Source of the DNA: Malacoraja senta
Lineage: Eukaryota
Reading direction: 5' to 3'
Length of the DNA stretch: 64,000 nt
Assembly: GCA_038087875.1 (NCBI GenBank)
Contig: JAXLNO010000170.1
Coordinates: 62,001-126,000 of the forward strand
Positions 26,862 through 37,602 of this stretch are shown in pieces. Made by a program: the position numbers and the translations under genes. Below the pieces are notes generated by a model. It worked only from the letters and a program-made list of their open reading frames with translations. It searched no databases and was not told the DNA's origin. The stretch's first letter is position 1; each line of letters starts with the position of its first letter.

Positions 26862-27875
26862 ACAGTTTGTGTACAATCGCTTGCCCGTTTTACAGTGCGC
26901 TCGTGCACGCGCTCGGTTCTCGTGTGCGCGCATTTTTGCAGCTCGCCCGGGGATTTCTCACTCTCTGTGACTGGGACGTTGAGGGAGCGCAGTTTAGACG
27001 CGGAGTCTGCAGAATTTCGGCCATTTCGCAACTCGGGGAAGTTCAGGAAGGATAATATTTTAGAAACGAAGCAAAGAAGAAACGATTCTGTGCTGCGGCA
27101 AAGGCGAAAATGTAGATCCAGCGCTTGTGAATGTAAGTCCAGAGCTTGTTAATGTAAGATAGACACAAAATGCTGGAGTAACTCAGCGGGACAGGCAGCA
27201 TCTCTGGAGAACAGGAATGGGTGAGGTTTCGGGTCGAGACCCTTCTTCAGACTGGTCAGGGATAAGGGAAACGAGAGATATAGACGATGATGTGGAGAGA
27301 TAAAGAATAATGAATGAAAGATATACAATAAGTAACGATGATAAAGGAAACAGGCCATTGTTAGCTGCTTGTAGGGTGAAAACGAGAAGCTGGTGAATGT
27401 AAGTCCAGCAGTGCTTGTTAATTGCCAGCCAGCCTAGTTAGTGAACGTGAAGGAAGGAACTGCAGATGTTGGTTTAAATCGAAGATGCTGGAGTAACTCA
27501 GCGGGTCAGGCAGCATCTCTGGAGAGAAGGAATGGTTGACGTTTCGCGTCGGGCTCACAGACGTCTGACCACTGAGTTCCTCGGCATCTGCAGTTCCTTG
27601 TATCCCTGCATTAAAGGTACATTGGGTACAGTTGCTGCCTCACAGCGTCAGAGACCCGGGTTTCATCCCCGTCCACGGGGTGCTGTCTGTACGGAGTTTG
27701 CACGTTCTCCCTGTGACCTGCGTGGGTTTTCTCCGGGTGCTCCGGTTTCATCCCACCCCCCAAAGACGCGCGGGTTTGTAGGGTAATTGGGTTCGGTGAA
27801 ATTGGTGTGTGTAGGACAGTGTTAATTTGCGGGGATCGATCGCTGGTCGGTGCGGACTCGGTGGGCTCTCGGTGG

Positions 27876-28230
27876 GCTCTCTCTCCCCTTCCCTTCCCCC
27901 CTTCCCTCCCCCCCCACTCTCTCCCTCCCTCGCTCTCCCTCCCTCTCACTCTCTCGCTCCCTCCTCTCTCTCTCCGTCCCCTCCCTATCTCTCTCTCTCC
28001 GTCCCTCTCTCCCTCTTCCCTACCTACCTCCATCTCCCTCTCCCTCTCTCCGTCCCTCTTCCCCTCTCTCTCCCTGCCTCCCTCCCTTCCCTCCCCCTCT
28101 CCACTCTCCCCTCTCCCTCTCTCTCACCTCTGCCCTCTCCCTCTACCCCTCTCCTCTCCCACTCCCCTTCTCTCTCTCCTGCCCCCTCCCTCTCTCTCTC
28201 CCTCTCCCTCCCCCTCTCTCCCCCCCCCTT
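27876..28230 (+). repeat. Pyrimidine-rich (C/T) low-complexity tract
   Basis: Almost exclusively C and T. Confidence 0.95.
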
Positions 28231-29838
28231 CAGTTAATCCACCCACACTGCCACCTGGACCCCTTTGGGCAATGTGTGTGGTTCCATATTAGTATAAGAG
28301 GTTTTATTCCTAAACCTCGTGCAAGGCTCAGCGCACATCCAGTAAACCTCACACTCTGCACACAGTGTTCCATGCCAATGGCTCTAATTTGTTTCCTAGC
28401 TTGACTATGAGGCCTGTCTTCACTAGACATAGAAACATAGAAAATAGCAGGAGGAGGCCATTCGGCCCTTTGAGCCAGCACCGCTATTCATTATGATCAT
28501 GGCTGATCGTCCCCATCAATAACCCGTGCCTGACTTCTCCCCATATCCCCTTGATTCCACTCGCCCCTAGAGCTCTATCTAACTCTCTCTTAAATCCATC
28601 CAGTGACTTGGCCCCCACTGCCCTCTGTGACAGGGAATTCCACAAATTCACACTCTCTGGGTGAAAAAGTTTTTTCTCACCTCAGTCTTAAATGGCTTCC
28701 CCTTTATCTAAGACTGTGGCCCCTGGTTCTGGATTGTGCTGGATTAGCAAATGTAGTTGGCCCGAATGTGTCCGTGTTGTGACTTAGGCTCGAAATACCT
28801 TCTCGAGTATTACTTTAGTTAGAGATACAGCGCGGAAACAGGCCCTTCGGGTCCACGCCGACCAGCGATCCTTGCACTAGTCACCCGTTACAGCGAGAAT
28901 GCGGAGGCTTTGGAGAAGGTGCAGAATAGGTTTGTTGGCTGGATTTGTTTAGTTTAGGGATATAGTGCGAAAACAGGCCCTTCGGCCCACTGAGTGCACT
29001 GTCCAGCAATCTCCCCGCACACTAACACTGCCCTACATTCACTAGGGACTATTTACAATTACACCAAGCCAATTAACCTACAAACCTGTATGTCTTTGAG
29101 GGTGTAAACCAAAGATCTCAGAGAAAACCCACGCAGGTCACGGGAGAACGTAAAACTCCGTACAGACCGCACCATAATTGCGATCGAACCGGATCTCTGG
29201 CGCTGTTAGGCAGCAACTCCACCGTTGGTCCACCCCTGCCACCCAAGTGTAACTTCACCAAAGTCCAGAGTAGACTCACTATCCTGTGCTGGAGTAACTG
29301 AGCGGGTCAGGCAGCATCTCCGGAGAACATGGATAGTGATGTCTCGTCAGAACCCTTCTTCAGCATCCCGACCCAAACATCACTTAAGTTTATTGTCACA
29401 TGTACCGAGGTACAGTGAAAATTATTTTTTTTACATGCTAACCAGTCGGCGGGAAGACAATACACGATTACAATCGAGCCATTTACAGTGTACAGATACA
29501 TGATAAGGGAATAACGTTTAGTGTGAGGTAAAGCCAGCAAAGTCCAATCAAGGATAGTCCGAGGGTCACCAATGAGGTAGATAGTGGTTCAGGACTGCTC
29601 TCAGGTTGTGGTAGGATGGTGAGGTGGGGGGGGGGGGAAGAGCAATGGGGACCCGGCATGGAGAGGGGGGGGGTGGGAATTTTCAACTCTGTCAATGCTC
29701 TTTATGTGGTGACTATTCGCATACCTCAGTTATGTCAGTAGATTTCACTGAGACTTGTCACATGGGACCATAAGGTATTCCATTCCATTTGATCTGCAGT
29801 TTCTCCTCTGGTCGTTTCCCCCTTCTTGTTTCTCACAG

Positions 29839-30168
29839 GGGGAGTTGATACTGAGATTGCTTCGGTCGACGGGGGCTCGGTGATGTTTCCCAGGGTGGGT
29901 GCTGATCGACGTGGCGGCGTGGCGCTTTTCCAGTGGAAGAAGGCCGGCGGGGCGGATGGGAAGGAAAGCGCGATGAAGCCCGTGCTGCAGTTTCACTCGG
30001 GATCCCGGGAACCAGCTGTGATCCGGAGTTACGTGGGACGCATCACTTTCTTCCCACACAACGGGTCGATGGCCTTCCATAACCTCACCCAACAAGATGC
30101 TGGACTCTACCAACTCTACATCAATCTGCAGAAGGATGCCATCCAATCTGTCAGGCTGACAGTCATGG
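29839..30168 (+). CDS. Internal exon of a host Ig-superfamily gene: cysteine-less V-set domain (CD2/SLAM/CEACAM/HEPACAM-like N domain)
   Basis: Polypyrimidine tract + CAG acceptor (29837-29838), donor G|GTACGT (30169); 330 nt, phase 1-1. Translation GGSVMFP..FQWKK..YVGRITFFPHNGSMAFHNLTQQDAGLYQL..VRLTV fits the V-set pattern (C-strand W, R..D-x-G-x-Y) but lacks the B/F cysteines. Confidence 0.85.
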
Positions 30169-30189
30169 GTACGTTGGGCCCTTTGTTCT

Positions 30190-30412
30190 ATTGGCCACAT
30201 TTAGAGTATTGTGTTCAGATCTGGGCACCGTTGTAGGAAAGATGTTGTCAAGCTTGAAAGGGTTCAGCGGAGATTTACAAGGATGTTGCCAGGACTAGAG
30301 GGTGTGAGCTACAGAGAGAGGTTGAGTAGGCTGGGTCTCTATTCCATGGAGTGCAGGAGGATGAGGGGTGATCTTATAGAGGTGTATACAATCATGAGAG
30401 GAATAGATCGGG
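30190..30412 (+). mobile_element. CR1 fragment starting ~20 nt after the Ig exon donor
   Basis: [29 protein letters not shown]. Confidence 0.8.
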
Positions 30413-30962
30413 CAGAGTAGGAGCTGAGTCCAGAATCAGAGTTTAGTTTGGAGATAGTCTTTGTGTTGTGACCTTGGCCTCGAAATATCCCCGTCTGTGA
30501 TTCCTCCTGCTTTAGTTTTAGTTTAGAGATACAGAGTGGAAACAGGCCCTTCGGCCCACCGAGTCTGTGCCAACCAGCGGTCACCCCGTACACTAACACT
30601 ATCCTACACACGTTAGGGGCAGTTTACATTTATACCAAAAGCCAATGAACCCATAAAGCTTTTCCTCCAGTTTCCACAAAGACTTGCAGGCTGGTTTGTA
30701 GGTTAATTGGCTTTGGTAAAAAGTGTAAATCGTCCCTCGTGTGTGTAGGATAGTGTTAGTGTGCGGGGATCGCGGGTCGGCACGGACTCTGTGGGCCGAA
30801 GGGGCTGTTTCAGTGATGTATCTCTTAACTAAACCAAACTAAACACATTAGAGGCAATTTACAGAGGGCCAATTAACTGACAAACCTGCACGTCTTTGGG
30901 ATGTGGGAGGAAACCGGAGCATCCGGAGGAAACCCACACGGTCACAGGGAGAAAGTGCAAAG

Positions 30963-31223
30963 CACACACACACATATATGCGGACACACACACACACACA
31001 TACACACACACATATATGCGCGCGCACACACACACACACACACACACGGACATACACACATACACACACACACACACACACACATATATGCGCGCACACA
31101 CAGACACACACACACGCACACGCGGACATACACACATACACACACACACACACACATATACACACATACATATACACACATATACACACCCACACACACA
31201 TATACACACCCACACACACATAT

Positions 31224-31291
<68 letters not shown>
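30963..31291. repeat. Compound (CA)n/(TA) microsatellite inside a V-SINE
   Basis: Direct reading. Confidence 0.97.
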
Positions 31292-31379
31292 CATCTGAGT
31301 TCAGTATCAACCCGGGGTCTCTGGCGCTGTGAGGCAGTGGCCATACCCGCTGCGCCACCGTGCTGACCTTTGTTGTACA

Positions 31380-31560
31380 CAGTGGTTTCAGTTCTGATCT
31401 CCGTTTATGAAAAAATTCATGAGTCCCGATTGAAATGTAAAAAATCTTTACGCGAAATCTTTGGAAATTCCCCAAGCATTTCTGTGCCTGGAAATTCCAA
31501 CAGTTCAGTTTCCCAGAAGAGACTGAATCAGGACACTGATCAGGTAAATTCCAGGAATGA
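31380..31560. promoter_or_regulatory. Candidate intronic enhancer with NF-kB and STAT (GAS) motifs
   Basis: GGAAATTCCCC 31463-31473, GGAAATTCC 31490-31498, TTCCCAGAA 31510-31518, TTCCAGGAA 31549-31557 in a non-repeat island. Confidence 0.35.
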
Positions 31561-32394
31561 ATACTGACGTAGACACAAAATGCTGGAATAACTCAGCGGA
31601 ACAGGCAGCATCTGAGGAGAAAAGGAATGGGTGACATTTCGGGTCACGGTAGAGGGAAACTGGAGATATAGACAATGATGTAGAGAGATAAAGAACAATG
31701 AATGAAGATATGCAAAAAGGTAACGATGATAAAGGAAACAGGCCATTGTTAGCAGTTTGCTGGGTGAGAACGAGAAGCTGGTGTGACTTGGGTGAAGGAG
31801 GGATGGAGAGAGAGGGAATGCCTCTCTATAAGATCGCCCTTCATCCTCCCGCATCAGGAGGTGGCATGGTGGTGCAGCGGTAGTGTTGTTGCCTTACAGC
31901 GCTTGCAGTGCCAGAGACCCGGGTTCGATCCCGACTGTGGGCGCAGCCTGTATGGAGTTTGCACGTTCCCCCTGTGACCAGCGTGGGTTTTCTCTGAGAT
32001 CTTCGCTTTCCACCCACGCTCCAAAGACGTACAGGTTTGTAGGTTAATTGGCTTGGTATAAGTGTAAATTGCCCCTGGTGTGTAGGGTAGTGTTAATGTG
32101 CAGGGATCGCTGGGCCGAAGGGCCTGTTTCTGCGCTGTATCTTTAAACTACATGATATGGTGTAAGTCTGTGTGTGCGTGTACATTTTTACATGCGTGTT
32201 TGCACATGCTGCCTGTGTGCAACTTGTTAGATCAGTTTGTCTCGTCACAGACATTGTGAGCCGTAGGTCCTGTTCTAGTGCCTTAGTCTACTTTAGAGAT
32301 ACAGCACGGAAACAGGCCCTTCAGCCCAACGAGTCTGTGCCGACCACGATTCACACACATTAACACGATCCTACACACATTGGGGATAATTTAC

Positions 32395-32980
32395 GGTAGA
32401 CAAAATTGCTGGAGAAACTCAGTGGGTGCGGCAGCATCTATGGAGTGAAAGAAATAGGCAACGTTTCGGGCCAAAACCCTTCTTCAGACTAATGCAGGGT
32501 GGGGGGGGGGGGGGGGGGGGGCGTGCGGGAAGAAGAAAGGAAGAGGAGGAGCCAGAGGGCTGAGAGCTGAGAAGGGATGGAGACAGCAAGGGCTACCGGA
32601 AATTGGAGAAGTCAATGTTCAGGCCACCGGGATGCAGACTGCCCAAGCGGAATATGAGGTGCTGCTCCTCCAGTTTCCGGTGGTGCTCACTCTGGCAATG
32701 GAGGAGGCCCAGGACAGAAAGGTCGGATTGGGAATGGGAGGGGGAGTTGAAGTGCTGAGCCACAGGGAGATCAGGTTGGTTAATGCGGACCGAGGGGAGG
32801 TATTCGGCGAAACAATCAACAAGCCTACGCTTGGTCTCACCGATGTAGATCAGCTGACATCTAGAGCAGCGGATGCAATAGATGAGGTTGGAGGCGGTGC
32901 AGGTGAACCTCTGTCACACCTGGAACGACTGCTTGGGTCCTTGAATGGAGTCAAGGGGGGAGGCAAAGCGACAAGTGTAG
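32395..32980 (-). mobile_element. Penelope 3' fragment (GIY-YIG region + 3' end)
   Basis: Reverse complement closely matches 26275-26860. Confidence 0.88.
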
Positions 32981-33009
32981 ATTTGCAAAGGCTACTGGGG
33001 AGACTTTAA

Positions 33010-35107
33010 TCTAGAACGGTTAGGGGGAGGGACTCAAATGGAGAAAGCTAGTAGACACTGTGTGAGGCAGGAGGCAGAGAAGGGAAGCACTCAGACCCAA
33101 CATGTAGGGGAGAAAGACGAAAAAGATAATAAACGGAGAATAAGAGGTGGTGGGTTTCTTAAATGTGTATATTTTAATGCTAGGAGCATTGTAAGAAAGG
33201 TGGATGAGCTTAGAGCCTGGATTGACACCTGGAAGTATGATGTTGCGGCGATTAGTGAAACATGGTTGCAGGATGGCTGTGATTGGAAACTAAATATTCC
33301 AGGATTTCGTTGCTTCAGGTGTGATAGAATTGGAGGGGCAAGAGGTGGGGGTGTTGCATTGCTTGTCAGGGAAGATATTACAGCAGTGCTTTGGCAGGAT
33401 AGATTAGAGGGCTCGTCTAGGGAGGCTATTTGGGTGGAACTGAGAAATGGGAAAGGTGTAGCAACACTTATAGGGGTGCATTATAGACCACCTAATGGGG
33501 AGGGAGAATTGGAAGAGCAAATATGTAAGGAGATAGCAGATATGAGTAGTAAGCACAAGGTAGTGATTGTGGGAGATTTCAATTTTCCACACATAGACTG
33601 GGAAACACATTCTGTAAAAGGGCTGGATGGTTTGGAGTTTGTAAAATGTGTGCAGGATAGTTTTTTGCAGCAATACATAGAGGTACCTACTAGAGAAGGG
33701 GCAGTGCTGGACCTTCTGTTAGGAAATGAGACAGGGCAGGTGGCGGAGGTAAGCGTCGGGGAGCACTTCGGGTCCAGTGATCACAATACCATTAGTTTCA
33801 ATATAATTATGGAGAAGGTCAGAACTGGACCAAGGGTTGAGATTTTTGATTGGAGAAAGGCTAACTTTGAGGAGATGCGAAAGGATTTAAAAGGAGTGAA
33901 TTGGGACATTTTGTTTTATGGGAAGGATGTAGTAGAGAAATGAAGGACATTTAAAGGTGAAATTTTAAGAGTACAGAATCTTTATGTCCCTGTTCGGTTG
34001 AAAGGAAAGAGTAATAATTGGAAAGAGCCATGGTTTTCAAGGGAAATTGGACACGGTTTGGAAAAAGAGATCTACAATTATTATAGGCAGCATGGAGTAA
34101 ATGAGCTGCTTGAGGAGTATAAAGAATGTAAAAAGAATCTTAAGAAAGAAATTAGAAAAGCTATAAGAAGATATGAGGTTGCTTTGGCAAGTAAGGTGAA
34201 AGTAAATCCAAAGGGTTTCTACAGCTATATTAATAGCAAAAGGATAACGAGGGATAAAATTGGTCCATTAGAGAGTCAGAGTGGACAGCTATCTGCAGAG
34301 CCAAAAGAGATGGGGGAGATATTGAACAATTTCTTTTCTTCGGAATTCACCAAGGAGAAGGTTTTTGAATTATGTGAGGTAAGGGAAACAAGTAGAGTAG
34401 CTATGGAAACTATGAGGATCAAAGAAGAGGAAGTGCTGACACTTTTGAAAAATATAAAAGTGGATAAGTCTCCAGGTCCTGACAGGATATTCCCTAGGAC
34501 ATTGAGGGAAGTTAGTGACGAAATAGCAGAGGCTATGACCGAAATATTTCAAATGTCATTAGAAACGGGAATGGTGCCGGAGGATCGGCGTACTGCGCAT
34601 ATTGTTCCATTGTTTAAAAAGGGTTCTAAGAGTAAACCTAGCAATTATAGACCTGTTAGTTTGACGTCAGTGGTGGGCAAATTAATGGAAAGGATACTTA
34701 GAGATAATATATATAATAATCTGGATAAACAGGGTCTGATTAGGAACAGTCAACATGGATTTGTGCCTGGAAGGTCATGTTTGACTAATCTTCTTGAATT
34801 TTTTGAAGAGGTTACTAGGGAAATTGATGAGGGTAAAGCGGTGGTTGTTGTCTATATGGACTTCAGTAAGGCCTTTGACAAGGTTCCACATGGAAGGTTG
34901 GTTAAGAAGGTTCAATTGTTGGGTATTAATAGTGGAGTAGCAAGATGGATTCAACAGTGGCTGAATGGGAGATACCAGAGAGTAATGGTGGATAACTGTT
35001 TGTCAGGTTGGAGGCCGGTGACTAGTGGGGTGCTTCAGAGATCTGTGTTGGGTCCACTGTTGTTTGTTATATACATCAATGATCTGGATGATGGGGTGGT
35101 AAATTGG
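33010..35107 (+). mobile_element. CR1 LINE ORF2 (APE + RT N-part), cut by DIRS-A just before the YADD region
   Basis: ORFs 33038-33943 (YFNARSI, GDFN, SDH) and 33998-35179 (..FVIYINDLDDGVVNWI|DIRS). Confidence 0.92.
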
Positions 35108-37602
35108 ATTTTACTTCGGAGTCACGTGAGTGACTACGTGAAGAAGCCCGCCAGCCCGCATGTGCGTCAATACGTTTAACGCATGGAGCACGACTGGCTG
35201 GGAGGAGCAGTAAGTTTCAAAACCCTGCAGGTAAGTTTTAAACTTATTGTGAGGTCGGGTTTTGTTGGGAAATTTCTTGTTTCAGAGTCCCAATTGCTGC
35301 GGATAATGGGGAAATCCAGGGCGAAACCCAGACGGGCCGCGGGGGAACCGGCTACGGAGGACCGCGGGAGTGCGGGTAGTTTGTCAGTTTCGCCATCTGA
35401 GTCGCTGACAGTGCGGTCAGCGACTTCAGACTTTGGCAACCCCGAAAGGGGGCAAAGCCAAACGGAAGTCTGAGAGGTCTGTGTACTCAGATGAGTCATG
35501 CCAGGAGGATTCTCCTCCTACAACATGGATAGCGTCTTTGGGCGTTTATCCCGGAAGGAGCACCTTATGGAAAGGATGCTCCATCATGATATGCTCCGTG
35601 AAACGGGGACATATCAGCGCTGGTCTCCTTGCGAGCCTGCGGCAGCGCCTGGTCCAGGGCTGCTTAATATCTCCCACTCTGAGGAGGAGAGTGTACGAGG
35701 TCAGTATATGACTGACTCCGAATTCGGAAGTATGTCCGTGGAACATACTGGAATGCATGACATGCGTGAGGTTCAAGAATTGCCTGCCATGGCATCAAGG
35801 TTTGTGATACCCACGCAAACAGGGGAGCCACTGCAAGAAGAGCTGGCTTCCAGCATAAACTACCTCACGTCCCATCAACTACAGGAAGAGGTGATGGTTG
35901 AAACGGCTGCCATACACCTGTAAATTGTGCATCCCTGAAAGTCCCGGCAGTGAACAGCTCTATCTGGGGATACATTGAAGGGGGCATCAAAGCCCAAGAA
36001 ATAAAACTCCAAAGATTTTAGAAATTGCTGGCTTTAGGCATCACGGCATTTGCCAGATCTGTGGATGGCGGGCCTTTATCGGACGTCCAGCAGGATGCCC
36101 TGGCGTTGATATGCAATGCACATTTCGAAATGAACTGCTTTCGGAAGAACGCCATCAGACCTGCCTTAAATTTTGCAGGCTTATGTAAGGCCAGCAATGT
36201 CCAGCCACCAAATCTTCTGTTCGGGGAAGATCTACCCAAACAGGTTAAAAACTTGAATGAGGAAGCAAAAGCTGTCGGGCTAATCAAGGCACCAACGACA
36301 AGCAAAGCTTCACTGTGTCGGCGACAACACCCCTACGCCTCCATCAGCAGTAAGTGGTTTGCTGAAGCTGGTGGTAGCTCAAAAGCTGTTTTCTCTGGGC
36401 AGAGGTCTTTTTTAGGCCAAGGCCCAAGCCGGCCTTCATGGACAATGCACAATCCGCGCACCCCAGCTGTCCTACCCTCCAAACCTCGAGGATGGAAATA
36501 GAGCCGTATCAGGGGCCTTTGGGCCTACCATAAGACCACTGGTAACCATGGAGGTAGGTGGGTCTGGTTTTTTCCAGAACATGGGGTGTGTGCATCAGTT
36601 ACAAGTTGGTGGTAGATTACACTTGTTTTTGCACGAATGGCGGTGGATGACATCAGATCCGTTCATACTGCACAGTATGCATGGGTTCCAAATTGGATTT
36701 CTTCCCAATTCATTGCCACCCACACAACATTCACCAGAGATATTTGAAATTACACCGAGCATTTGTTCATTGCAAACAACAAGCTGAAATTTACAAATTA
36801 CGCACAAAAGGGGTGATCGAGAAATCAAGTCATGAACATCACCAATTCGTCTCCAATATATTCTCTAAACAAAGAAAGATGGAGGATGTCGGATTATCCT
36901 TGATTTAACACAACTTAACTATCATGTGCAGTATAGACATTTACAATGGGAAACAACTGATTTCCAAAGGATGCTTTATGGCATGCATCGATCTCAAAGA
37001 TGCATACTATTCAGTTCCCATTCACAGGGATCACCGGAGATATTTGAAATTTAGCTGGATGAGGCAACTGTGGCAGTTTAAAGCATTGCCTAATGGGTTA
37101 ACTTACCAAATTGTTAAAACCGGTGCCTGGGCTGCTTAGAGCTCAAAAACACATTGTTATGGCCAATGGATGATATTCTAATCATAGGGATAACGCTGAA
37201 ATTGGCTAAATTAGCTGTTTCAGCCAAGAAACACATATTTGAGAAATTGGGGTTTCTCATCCATCCAGTTAAATCCAAGTTGATACCAACTAGAGTTATT
37301 GATTATTTGGGATTTACCATTAACTCTATTAATATGTCTGTGACTCTGCCCTGGGGCAAGAGATTGGAATTAATAAAGCCTGTAACATCCTTGTTGTTAT
37401 AGAGCAGCCTTCTATTCGACAGGTGGCTAGTGTAATTGGAAAAATAGTGGCTGTTTTTCCAGCTGCGCAATTTGGGCCTTTGCATTATCAGAATTTACAA
37501 CGTGCAAAGGAACAAGCACTCAGGTGCCATTTAGGTCATTTTAACAGACCTATCCTATTACCAGCTGAAACTATATCAGAATTACAATGGTAGATGACCA
37601 GT

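Noticed and set aside
26041..26862. 273-aa antisense ORF (also antisense ORFs within 43386-46413)
   Set aside because: Shadow frames of transposon ORFs with no recognisable motifs.
28250..28410. Possible TATA + leader exon (MPMALICFLA)
   Set aside because: Stop after 10 codons and no donor site.
30848..31475. His/Thr- and Cys/Val-rich ORFs
   Set aside because: (CA)n microsatellite artefacts.
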